Sequence record: DRR723986_833
DNA: 64,000 bases
Direction: 5' to 3' (one strand)
Shown here: positions 17,800 through 28,262 of the stretch, in pieces
Layout of the letters: each line of letters opens with the position of its first letter
Position numbering within the stretch: the first letter of the stretch is position 1
Notes under the pieces: model-generated
What the model was told of the DNA's origin: nothing
The model's database searches: none
Seen by the model: the letters and a program-made list of their open reading frames with translations, nothing else
Made by a program: the position numbers and the translations under genes

Positions 17800-18573
17800 A
17801 TGCGACATAAAACAGCGTTAGTTACCGGCGCGGCCAGCGGCATTGGGCTGGCCCTTGCGGCTGATTTATCGAAACAAGGCTTTCGAGTTTGCCTAACTGA
17901 CGCTGACGAACAAGCGGTTACTAGCGCTGCGCAGTCACTGAACGGGGCGGCGGCTGAGGTATTGGCCCTGCCACTGGATGTTACCAACCAAGAGCACATC
18001 AGCGGTGCGGTATCGCGTTTGGAGAACGAATGGGGCGGCGTCGATGTACTCATTAATAATGCGGGCATTCAACACGTGGCCTCCTTGGAGGACTTTCCCG
18101 TCGACCGCTGGAAATTGTTAACAGAGATTTTATTGGTCGGCCCAGCCCTGCTGAGTCGCGCCGTATTACCGAGTATGCGAGCGCGAAACTTTGGCCGTAT
18201 CGTCAATGTGGGCTCCATCCACTCGCTGGTGGCGTCGCCCCATAAAAGCGCGTACGTGGCGGCCAAGCACGGTTTGTTGGGCTTTTCCAAAACTGTCGCG
18301 CTGGAAACCGCAGATTGTGATATCACCATTAACACCCTGTGCCCGTCCTACGTAAAGACGGCGTTGGTGCAAAAGCAAATCAGCAGTCAGGCCCTGGCGC
18401 ACGGTATTTCCGAGGATGAGGTGATCAACAAAATTATGCTAGAGCCAATGCCCAAAAAGAGCTTCATCGACATGGATGAGCTGTGCGGCGCGATGAATTT
18501 CTTGCTCAGTGATGCGGCGCGAAATATGACCGGCCAGGAAATGGTCATCGACGGTGGCTGGACTATTCGTTAG
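17800..18573 (+). CDS. bdhA: D-3-hydroxybutyrate dehydrogenase (SDR)
   Basis: TGAASGIG, NNAGIQHVA.LEDFP, SIHSLVASPHKSAYVAAKHG: BDH-typical Gln/His/Lys/Tyr residues. Confidence 0.88.
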   Translation: MRHKTALVTGAASGIGLALAADLSKQGFRVCLTDADEQAVTSAAQSLNGAAAEVLALPLDVTNQEHISGAVSRLENEWGGVDVLINNAGIQHVASLEDFPVDRWKLLTEILLVGPALLSRAVLPSMRARNFGRIVNVGSIHSLVASPHKSAYVAAKHGLLGFSKTVALETADCDITINTLCPSYVKTALVQKQISSQALAHGISEDEVINKIMLEPMPKKSFIDMDELCGAMNFLLSDAARNMTGQEMVIDGGWTIR

Positions 18574-18664
18574 TGCCGGAGGTGGCGCGCTAGGCGCAGG
18601 GCCGAGAGCCACGGTACAATCGCCGCTCAGATAATCGCGGACCAGAGCGGCAGACTCCATAACA

Positions 18665-20655
<1,991 letters not shown>

Positions 20656-20820
20656 TTAACAGAGAACGCCGGGAAAATCGGCGGCGGCAGTTCGCTGGCT
20701 GTGGCTGTTCAAAATGTCAGTGGAGTGAGTGTTTTTGTCATAGAGAAGGCCTTGGCAGCTCGGTAACATCGGGCTCAGTTATACGCCAATCGAATGCCTA
20801 ACGATGATAAAGGAGTGGCT

Positions 20821-22434
20821 ATGAGTGTTGACCTGAACGTGGCGGCCGCCGCCGCGCAGTTTGATTTTGCCGACCAGGATATTCCGCAGCGCCTGCGGCA
20901 CTGGGCCGAAGTGCGGCCTGATCACCCCTTTATGATTTGGGAGCCGCGTTCGGGCGAAGAGCGCAGCTGGAGCTACAAGGCCTTTGACGAAGAGACCAGC
21001 AAAATCGCTGCGGGTCTCTATGCGAAGGGCGTGCGCAAGCACGACAAGGTTATGATTCATGCCGAGAACTGCCCAGAGATGGTATTGGCATGGTATGCCT
21101 GCGCCAAATTGGGTGCGGTGGGTGTCACCACCAACACCCGCTGTGTGGGTGGCGAAATTGAGTACTTTGCTGCGCACACCGAGGCAGTGGGGGTAATCAC
21201 CCAGCCCAAGTTCGTGCAGGAAATTAAGAATAACGCCAAAAATATCCAGTGGCTGGTTGTTACTGAAGACAACTCCGGCGAAGCCGCAGAGGCGGACCAG
21301 CAGCACGACGAACAGCTATTCGAAACCCTGTATGGCGATGCCAGCACCGTGCCCGAGCGCCCAGCTGAGCCCATGCTGCCAGCGGGGATTATGTTTACCT
21401 CTGGCACGACATCACTCCCGAAGGCGGTAGTGCACACTCATGCCAATGCCCTGTGGTCTGGCACCATGGGCTCACAGAGCATGAATATGGACCGCGATAG
21501 CGTTTACCTGGGTTTCCTGCCGTTCTTTCACGTGAACTGTCAGAGCTGGGCATTCTGGGGCTCATTGGGTGTGGGCGGCACCGCAGTATTGTTGCCCAAG
21601 TTTTCCGCCAGCCGGTTCTGGGAAATTATCGACAAACACCAAGTGACCCACTGCTCAATGATTCCCTTCGTCTTTAAGGCAATTGGTGCCCAGGCCGTGC
21701 CTGAAGAGCACAGCCTGAAAGTGATGCCGATGGGCATTATCTGGAAGGAAATTGAAGGTTGGCTGAAGGCCAAGCCTTTTGCTAGCTGGGGCATGACAGA
21801 AACCGTTACCCACGCAACGCGCTCAGACTTCGTGCAAGAGTGGCCGCAGGGCAGTATTGGTAGACCGACGCCGGGCTATCACTTGGCGGTGGTTAACCCC
21901 GAAACCGGCGAGCCCTGTAAAAAAGGCGAAATCGGTGAGCTGTGGGTACACGGGGTACGCGGCGTAAACATCTTCCTGGAGTATTACAAAAACCAGGAAG
22001 CCATGGACAAGTCGTTCACTGAAAACGGCTGGTTCAAAACCGGTGATATGGTTCACGTCGGCGATGAAGGCCACTTCTACTTTACCGACCGGGATAAAGA
22101 TGCCCTGAAAGTCGGTGGCGAAAACGTCTCAGCCCGCCAAGTGGAAGAGGTGGTGATGCAAGTTCCCGGCGGCGGTGTCGGCGAAGTGGCGGTGGTTGCG
22201 AAGTCTCACGATATGCTGGACATGGTGCCGGTTGCCTTTGTTATTAAGGGTTGGGGCGCGCCGGAGGACGACGACGCGTTCGCCCAGGCCATCATCGATC
22301 ACTGCAAAGCCAACATGGCAGACTTTAAAGTGCCGCGCGCCGTCTACTTTGTCGACGAGTTTCCGCGTGCAACCCTGGAGAAGGTCGCCAAGAACAAACT
22401 CCGTGAAATGGCTGACGAGATGCCTGCCGTCTAA
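20821..22434 (+). CDS. Acyl-CoA ligase (AMP-binding, CaiC-like)
   Basis: MFTSGTTSLPK, WGMTET, GWFKTGD, DRDKD.LKVGGENVS, FKVPR. Confidence 0.9.
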   Translation: MSVDLNVAAAAAQFDFADQDIPQRLRHWAEVRPDHPFMIWEPRSGEERSWSYKAFDEETSKIAAGLYAKGVRKHDKVMIHAENCPEMVLAWYACAKLGAVGVTTNTRCVGGEIEYFAAHTEAVGVITQPKFVQEIKNNAKNIQWLVVTEDNSGEAAEADQQHDEQLFETLYGDASTVPERPAEPMLPAGIMFTSGTTSLPKAVVHTHANALWSGTMGSQSMNMDRDSVYLGFLPFFHVNCQSWAFWGSLGVGGTAVLLPKFSASRFWEIIDKHQVTHCSMIPFVFKAIGAQAVPEEHSLKVMPMGIIWKEIEGWLKAKPFASWGMTETVTHATRSDFVQEWPQGSIGRPTPGYHLAVVNPETGEPCKKGEIGELWVHGVRGVNIFLEYYKNQEAMDKSFTENGWFKTGDMVHVGDEGHFYFTDRDKDALKVGGENVSARQVEEVVMQVPGGGVGEVAVVAKSHDMLDMVPVAFVIKGWGAPEDDDAFAQAIIDHCKANMADFKVPRAVYFVDEFPRATLEKVAKNKLREMADEMPAV

Positions 22435-22450
22435 ATTTTAAGGTGTTTGG

Positions 22451-22477
22451 AAAAGGTCGCTTAGGCGGCCTTTTTTT
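22451..22477 (+). terminator. Intrinsic terminator
   Basis: AAAAGGTCGC-TTAG-GCGGCCTTTTTTT after the CoA ligase stop. Confidence 0.85.
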
Positions 22478-22508
22478 GCCCCCCAATAAACGCAGTGGTG
22501 TTGCACAG

Positions 22509-22553
22509 TTGTCATAAAATCATCCCGATTTTGTCACGGGGGCGGCGTAGTCT
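22509..22553 (+). promoter_or_regulatory. Pho-box-like (PhoB/OmpR family) promoter
   Basis: TTGTCAT-AAAA-TCATCCC-GATT-TTGTCAC on an 11-bp period, then 10 nt, then TAGTCT (-10-like). Confidence 0.5.
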
Positions 22554-22606
22554 TCTGGCTGTCGGCGGCGCTTGAGCGCTGTCCAATGTCCATAAGAGGA
22601 ATTGCG

Positions 22607-22795
22607 ATGAACCGTTACTACAAAGCTCAGGCCTCACAATCCGAACACCACCAGCGCCAAATTCGCGCGGAGCTTTCGCGCCAAGTAGAGGATTTTCTAA
22701 AAAAAGGTGGGCATATAGAACAACTGGATGGCCCCAACTTCAAACCGCATCGCAGTGTAAGAGTCAGCAGTTCAGCCTTCACCGAAATGCTGTGA
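22607..22795 (+). CDS. Small SutA-like RNA-polymerase-binding protein
   Basis: 62 aa with RBS AGAGGA; helix RAELSRQVEDFLKKGGHIEQL resembles the SutA FLxxGGxI core. Confidence 0.6.
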   Translation: MNRYYKAQASQSEHHQRQIRAELSRQVEDFLKKGGHIEQLDGPNFKPHRSVRVSSSAFTEML

Positions 22796-23302
22796 GCGCA
22801 GTGCCTGCGGCCATTTGCTAAACGGCTGTTGCGACAAGCTACTGTTGTAGTAATGGACCTGGCCGGTTACCTCTTTACCCAGCCAGCTGGCGGAGGGGAC
22901 TGGCTGCTTGTCGTGATCGAGCTCAATTTCGGCGATGATAAGGCCGTGGTTGTCACCGGCAAATTCGTCAATCTCCCAGTACCGAGTGTCATTGGCGATA
23001 GGCAGGGTATAACGGGTTTTTTCAACCAGCGGCCCCTCACACAGGACGAGCATTGCGCGGGCGTCGTCGAGGGGAATGGCGTATTCAAACTCGACACGGC
23101 TCGCGCCTTGGCTGATGCCCTTAATGGTTAGCCAGGCGGCATCACCGGCAATGCGTACCCGAACATTGCGGTGCGGGTCTCGGCTAAGATAGCCCTGCAC
23201 CATATGGCAGCCTTTGACGCCCAGCGCCTCGGTCTGTAAACGCCAATCGCTATTGCTGACCAGGTATTTACGTTCTATCTCGATGGGGGCAGGGCTAGTC
23301 AT
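22772..23302 (-). CDS. CYTH-domain (triphosphate tunnel) protein
   Basis: EIERKYLV, QGYLS, VRVRI, LTIKG, EFEY, EKTRY, WEIDEF, AEIEL. Confidence 0.92.
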   Translation of the reverse strand: MTSPAPIEIERKYLVSNSDWRLQTEALGVKGCHMVQGYLSRDPHRNVRVRIAGDAAWLTIKGISQGASRVEFEYAIPLDDARAMLVLCEGPLVEKTRYTLPIANDTRYWEIDEFAGDNHGLIIAEIELDHDKQPVPSASWLGKEVTGQVHYYNSSLSQQPFSKWPQALRSQHFGEG

Positions 23303-23625
23303 TATCGTGATTTCTCGCTGAGTTGGCGTCTGTTAAGCGCGGGCTCGCTCAGGCAGTGAATTTGTGTTTTGCGGATTTGCCAGCCTTCTTCAGCCAGCGC
23401 GCGAATAATGGCGTCTCTTAACCATTCCTCCCCGATCCATACGCCACCCTGCACCATCGATTCCTCGACGACGCAATAGACCTGTAAGCTGTTGGGAAAA
23501 CGCTGATAGTCAACGGTGTGTGTCAGCCAGCAAAAGCCCGGCAGGGGTTTGGCCAGCGCGGTTTCGCAAACGTCGTTAAGGCGGTGGACCAGTTGTTTTT
23601 CGCGTTTTTTGTCGGTTTTTCGCAT
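23302..23625 (-). CDS. Conserved hypothetical protein
   Basis: MRKTDKK...L.DVCE.AL...GF.WLTH.VDY..FP.SL; stop abuts the CYTH gene start. Confidence 0.7.
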   Translation of the reverse strand: MRKTDKKREKQLVHRLNDVCETALAKPLPGFCWLTHTVDYQRFPNSLQVYCVVEESMVQGGVWIGEEWLRDAIIRALAEEGWQIRKTQIHCLSEPALNRRQLSEKSR

Positions 23626-23651
23626 AGCGCCTTATTAAACGTAGAGTGCGG

Positions 23652-24098
23652 TCAGGGCGTCGCTGTAGCGTCCAGAAAGCGCAAACGCAGTGCTTCGATG
23701 CGCTCGCGATTTATGCCGAAGTCATAGTAGCCAATTTTAGAAGCGCTGCGCACATCGACGCGATTTTTATCCGGTGTATACAGCAGCTCAACATCGTCAC
23801 GGTAGCGCATTATTTTACTGCGGACCTCCACGTGGAGGTAGTGCGGGGATTGTGCGATGACCTGGGTTCTCGGCAGTGAGCGCAGCAGTGATTGCAGGGT
23901 TTGCCACTGCTCGGCAGAGGTGACTTTAAATGGTGAAGTGAAAGCATCCAGGTCTTCACTCTGACTCGATACGCAGCGCGGCGCTGACGGGCAGCTTGAG
24001 AGTGCACTGGGGGTATCGACTTGCTCAGGCGACTGCAGGGGTGCTGCGCAGCCGAAAAGAAGGGCGACGGTCGATGTAATAAGGAATAAGCGGCGCAT
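23652..24098 (-). CDS. DUF1499-family lipoprotein
   Basis: Lipobox LFGC; CPSAPRCVSSQ, YRDDVE, VRSASKIGYYDFGINRERIE. Confidence 0.88.
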   Translation of the reverse strand: MRRLFLITSTVALLFGCAAPLQSPEQVDTPSALSSCPSAPRCVSSQSEDLDAFTSPFKVTSAEQWQTLQSLLRSLPRTQVIAQSPHYLHVEVRSKIMRYRDDVELLYTPDKNRVDVRSASKIGYYDFGINRERIEALRLRFLDATATP

Positions 24099-24231
24099 GA
24101 TGAGAACTCCCGGGCTGATAAATAGCATTGTATACGCTGTAGTGAAAATTCGGTTGTTGTGTCATCGAGTTTTACGCGAACTCTGGTAGGCTGGCGCAGG
24201 GTAAGGGCTTCAAAATACGATGGAAGGGCGT

Positions 24232-25740
24232 GTGCGTAGTCGATTATTGGTTTTGGTATTGCTAGCGCTGGTGGCGTCTTGTGCTGCGGTGCCGCCGCAG
24301 GCAGCCGGCGAAGACTCTATTATTCCTGCGGCGTCGCAGGCCACTACCCGCTGGCAGAAATTAAGCGTCGATGGCGTGCCCGTGGGGCTGAGGAAGTTAG
24401 TGAGTTTTTGCGACGACACGCGCTGCACGACCGAGCAGACGCTCCGTGTTCAAATTCAGCAGCCGGGTGAGACCGCTGAGCAAACAGAAACGCGACTTCG
24501 CTACGTAGAGGCGCGCGATGGCAGGCCGCTTCAGGCAACTAAGGTGCAGCAGTCGCGGGCGGCGAGTCACAGGTTGGCCATTGAATACCGTGGCCAGCGT
24601 CTATGGTTATCTCAGGGGCAGGCCTTCACGCCTGTTACTGGTCAGGCTGTGGCGCAGTTTCCTCATCAGCGGCAGCGCTTGTTCGCGCAGCATGCCAGTA
24701 GCGGTGAGTTGCTTACCCAGGAATGGAGTTTTGCACAGCAGGCGGTGGAAGCGGTGCGCTACCGGTTTACACTGCTGAATGCGCCGTTGACGCAGGCCCT
24801 GTCTACAGCATTGACGCCTTGGTTGACGGTGCTGCGCTGGAAAATAAGTAAAGATGTTCAGCGCCAGGGAGCGTGGCAGCGCAGTGCGATTTACTACGCC
24901 GATGGCGATTTTACGGTGTTGGCGCAGTACAGCGAATCTGCCGGTCAGTCGATGTGGTTGTTGCCCTGTGATGAAGCCTGCCGCGCTGAGCCATTGGAGG
25001 CGATGAGTCATGTATACCAACGGTTATTGCGCTCTCCCTATCGCATAAGCGACCAGGCGTTGAATGGCAAAGTTCGCTACCAGCTTCGCGGTGCGCCCTC
25101 GCATTGGCAGCCGCCGGGCACCGGCCAGCAATCCGTGCAAAAAGAGGGTAATGATTGGTTGGTCACTGTATGTAAGCACTGTGAGCTAGCCTCGCCTGAG
25201 GCGGCGCCCGTGGATGATTACCTTGGCGCGAGCTATTGGTTACCCGCGAAGGCCTCGGCATTCGCCGCCGTGGTGGACGAGTTGATAGGTCAGGCGTCCG
25301 TAGCGCCAGCGGTAAAAATGCAGCGCCTAACCCGTTTTGTCAGTGGCTATATGGACGAGGTGGCCACATACAGCGGCTACGCGACAGCGCTGCAGGCAAT
25401 GGAGAGTGCTCAGGGCGATTGCACAGAACATGCGCTGATGTTGGCGGCCCTGGCGCGGGCCGCCGGTATTCCCAGCCGGGTTGTTATGGGTGTGGCTTAC
25501 AACAACGAGCGCTTTTTAGGCAGGCGTTTTGTGTTTGTGCCCCACATGTGGGTAGAAGCCTGGACGGGTGAACGCTGGGAAAACTTTGACAGTGCGCTGG
25601 GGCCATTTAGTGCCGGACACATTGCCCTGGCCGTCAGTCATGGTGATCAGGCTGACTTTTTGGCGATGAACGCGCTGCTGGATGGACTACGCATTGTATC
25701 GGCCGTGCAGCTAAAAAGCCGCGTGGCCGATACCGAGTAG
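24232..25740 (+). CDS. Transglutaminase-like domain lipoprotein
   Basis: Lipobox VASC; triad motifs GDCTEHA, ARAAGIPSRVV.G, HMWVEAW, WENFD. Start 24220 or GTG 24232. Confidence 0.85.
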   Translation: MRSRLLVLVLLALVASCAAVPPQAAGEDSIIPAASQATTRWQKLSVDGVPVGLRKLVSFCDDTRCTTEQTLRVQIQQPGETAEQTETRLRYVEARDGRPLQATKVQQSRAASHRLAIEYRGQRLWLSQGQAFTPVTGQAVAQFPHQRQRLFAQHASSGELLTQEWSFAQQAVEAVRYRFTLLNAPLTQALSTALTPWLTVLRWKISKDVQRQGAWQRSAIYYADGDFTVLAQYSESAGQSMWLLPCDEACRAEPLEAMSHVYQRLLRSPYRISDQALNGKVRYQLRGAPSHWQPPGTGQQSVQKEGNDWLVTVCKHCELASPEAAPVDDYLGASYWLPAKASAFAAVVDELIGQASVAPAVKMQRLTRFVSGYMDEVATYSGYATALQAMESAQGDCTEHALMLAALARAAGIPSRVVMGVAYNNERFLGRRFVFVPHMWVEAWTGERWENFDSALGPFSAGHIALAVSHGDQADFLAMNALLDGLRIVSAVQLKSRVADTE

Positions 25741-25747
25741 AGAGGGC

Positions 25748-25948
25748 TTATTCGTAAGCGACTGGCATGTCGACGAGGCTGTCATCGCCGGCCATATCAA
25801 TGTCTGCAACGGTGACGGCATCGCTGCTGTGAACCGCGCCAATAACGGTAACTTCTTCAAGAAGAAGCTGAGGCTCGTCGGCGCTGGCAGCGCCCGCTAC
25901 GAAAAGTGCTGCGGCGGCCAAAACTGCGCGAAAACTATTGAGTGACAT
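25748..25948 (-). CDS. Small exported acidic protein with TonB-box-like motif
   Basis: 66 aa; signal peptide ending ASA, then DEPQLLLEEVTVIG; RBS AAGGGG. Confidence 0.65.
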   Translation of the reverse strand: MSLNSFRAVLAAAALFVAGAASADEPQLLLEEVTVIGAVHSSDAVTVADIDMAGDDSLVDMPVAYE

Positions 25949-26013
25949 ATTCGATCCCCTTGACGAGTTTGCAAGCAGCGACACTGTGCTGCGGTGGTCT
26001 TTCAATGGTGGGC

Positions 26014-26058
26014 AGTATGCCCATGCATTGTTACAGGGGTATGACGAATTTATTTCAA
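26014..26058 (-). promoter_or_regulatory. Pho-box-like (PhoB/OmpR family) promoter
   Basis: Minus strand TTGAAAT-AAAT-TCGTCAT-ACCC-CTGTAAC, then 10 nt, then CATACT. Confidence 0.5.
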
Positions 26059-26113
26059 AACGCGATATTAGATGAATTTGTCATGAATTTTTGATCTGGA
26101 GGAAATGTGGGTG

Positions 26114-26530
26114 TCACGTTTGTGCTGCGGTTTCAGGCGGGCCCTTCAGTTCCACGCGGTTGCCCTCGGGGTCTTGAATATAGATGGATGGACCGTACCC
26201 CTGCGCGCCATAGCGCCGCTGAATGCCCTGATGGACAATGCCCTGGCCGTCCAGGTAGGCCAGCACAGCGTCGCCGTCGAAGTTTTCCAGGGTCAGGCAG
26301 AAATGGTCCATATTGTGGCCATCTTGCCCCGGTGCTGGGCCGCCTTCCTGGCCTAGCGGGGCCTCCACAGGGACGATATCGATAAGACTGGCACCGGCGC
26401 GCAGTTGATAGAGGCCCAGCTGTGCTTCCTCGCGCTCGATGTGACAACCAAGGCGCTGGTAAAAGTCGATCATCGCGGCGAGGCGCGTTGTACGCAGCAC
26501 CACATGGTCCAAACCCTGGATTTGAATCAT
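26114..26530 (-). CDS. VOC/glyoxalase family protein
   Basis: LDHVVLR, FYQRLG, MDHFCL, SIYIQDPEGNRVELKG. Confidence 0.9.
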   Translation of the reverse strand: MIQIQGLDHVVLRTTRLAAMIDFYQRLGCHIEREEAQLGLYQLRAGASLIDIVPVEAPLGQEGGPAPGQDGHNMDHFCLTLENFDGDAVLAYLDGQGIVHQGIQRRYGAQGYGPSIYIQDPEGNRVELKGPPETAAQT

Positions 26531-26557
26531 GGTGACACCTTCGTTTTCAGGGGCTCG

Positions 26558-27112
26558 TTACTGAGCACGCTGTTCACCATGCAGCCATTGCGGGTGGATG
26601 GCAATACTGTCACTGCTGCTCGACACCCACACACTGTCTTCATCCAGCGTGAATTGTAGTTGCATTGAACGCTGCGTGAGCGCGCTCAAGGCTCGCGATT
26701 CGTCTTCCGGAATTTCGACGACACTCAGCCAGCTTTGCTGGCTCAGTTTGCCTTGGTTTTCCTGCCACCATTGGGCTGTGCTGCGGCCGCCGTAGCAAAC
26801 CACGATAACGTGCCGGGCTTTGGAGCGCGCCCGGCGCAAGCGCTTTTCACTGGGCTGCCCAAGCTCAATCCACAACTCGGTTTCTCCGCTCAGACTGTGG
26901 CGCCACAGATCTGGCTCATCGTCATTGCTGAGGCCGCGAGTAAACTGCAGCGCGGGGTCGGCAAATAGCGCAAAGCTAAGGAGTCGCAGCATCATGCGCT
27001 CGTCTGTTTCAGAGGGGTGGCGTGCCAGCGTAAGTTGGTAGGGCTGGTAATGGTGGCGTCGCAGGTCACTAATCTCGATATCGGCTTTGAAAATACTGGC
27101 TGTTAACGCCAT
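26558..27112 (-). CDS. yaeQ: YaeQ family protein
   Basis: MALTASIFKA, ARHPSETDERMM.RLL, FTRGLS.DDEPDLW, WIELGQP. Confidence 0.93.
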   Translation of the reverse strand: MALTASIFKADIEISDLRRHHYQPYQLTLARHPSETDERMMLRLLSFALFADPALQFTRGLSNDDEPDLWRHSLSGETELWIELGQPSEKRLRRARSKARHVIVVCYGGRSTAQWWQENQGKLSQQSWLSVVEIPEDESRALSALTQRSMQLQFTLDEDSVWVSSSSDSIAIHPQWLHGEQRAQ

Positions 27113-27130
27113 TGCGGTCACCTCTGTTGT

Positions 27131-27559
27131 TTATACCGCGGCATTGTACCCGAGTATGAGCAATGCGTAGCGCAGGCTTTTGCCAATGGCGACCAGGGTA
27201 AAAAAGCTCAGTGCGGGCACGCGCATAATGCCGCCGACCACGGTAAGTGCATCACCGCCTATTGGCAGCCAGGACATCAGCAAGGTCCATTTGCCGTAGC
27301 GGGCAAACCAGCCCTGCGCGCGCTCCAGGTCTTTTTTTCGTGCGGGAAACCAGCGGCGGTCGGCATAGTGGCTGAGTTTGCCTCCCATCCACCAGTTGAC
27401 GCCTGCGCCGAGGGTATTGCCGCTACTGGCTGCAAGCCATAGCCAAAAGGGCAGTAGCCCGGCTTCGAGCTGGGCGATCAACAGCACTTCCGAGTAAAAC
27501 GGCAGCAGTGTTGCTGCGCCAAAGGCGGCGGCGAACAAGAGTAAATAGGCACTGATCAT
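27131..27559 (-). CDS. YqaA/DedA-like membrane protein
   Basis: AF.AATLLPFYSE, GNTLG, LLMSWLPIGGDALT, GK.LRY. Confidence 0.88.
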   Translation of the reverse strand: MISAYLLLFAAAFGAATLLPFYSEVLLIAQLEAGLLPFWLWLAASSGNTLGAGVNWWMGGKLSHYADRRWFPARKKDLERAQGWFARYGKWTLLMSWLPIGGDALTVVGGIMRVPALSFFTLVAIGKSLRYALLILGYNAAV

Positions 27560-28233
27560 TGCGCGGCCGCCTGGCAAAGTTGCGCAAATAAACGGCGCTG
27601 GCGCGCGTGCTGGGGCAGATATTCGGGGTGCCATTGTACCCCCAGTCGAAACGGTTGTTGCGGGTCTTCAATGGCTTGGGTGATGTTATCAAGGTCGCGA
27701 CCGCTGACGCGCATGCCTTCGCCCAGTCGATCAACCGCTTGGTGGTGCAGGCTATTAATTCTGCATTGCTCTTCGCCCAGCACGTTGAAAAGTTGCGTGT
27801 CGGTATCGACGTGGAGCGTTTTGTGGGGCAGCAGCATGCGCCGGTTGCTGGTGCGTTTTCGCAAGGGTGTTAGGTCGACATGCAAGCTGCCGCCCAGTAC
27901 AACGTTGAGCAGTTGCGCGCCCCGACAGATCCCCAGGATTGGCAGACCGCTTGGCAATAGTCGTTCAAGCGCGCCGATCTCGAAGCGGTCTCGGCAGGGG
28001 TTCATAGGGGCGACTTCGGGGGCATCTGGCAGATACAGGCCCTGGTCGATATCGTCGCCGCCACTGATGATAATGCCGTCGATATGGCGCGGCACGTCGC
28101 CGTGCTCAGGGGTGAGGTGAATGGCCTCGGCACCCGCTCGGCGAAGTGCCCAGCGAATAAACCACCACGACACGGGGAAGCGTCTGTCCTCGCCGGTAAC
28201 GGCGATAACAGGGTGTGAGTCACTCGAACGCAT
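27556..28233 (-). CDS. Class I glutamine amidotransferase, peptidase C26 (PuuD-like)
   Basis: SGGDDID, RDRFE, ILGICRGAQLLNV..GG.L, INSLHHQA, GVQWHPE. Confidence 0.92.
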   Translation of the reverse strand: MRSSDSHPVIAVTGEDRRFPVSWWFIRWALRRAGAEAIHLTPEHGDVPRHIDGIIISGGDDIDQGLYLPDAPEVAPMNPCRDRFEIGALERLLPSGLPILGICRGAQLLNVVLGGSLHVDLTPLRKRTSNRRMLLPHKTLHVDTDTQLFNVLGEEQCRINSLHHQAVDRLGEGMRVSGRDLDNITQAIEDPQQPFRLGVQWHPEYLPQHARQRRLFAQLCQAAAQ

Positions 28234-28262
28234 TTTGCTGATAACCGTCGTCCTTTATGAAT

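Noticed and set aside
22772-23302. Calling the CYTH protein an adenylate cyclase
   Set aside because: Most CYTH proteins are triphosphatases; activity cannot be assigned from motifs.
23302-23625. Possible Fis-type regulator label for the MRKTDKK protein
   Set aside because: No helix-turn-helix is visible, so it is left as conserved hypothetical.
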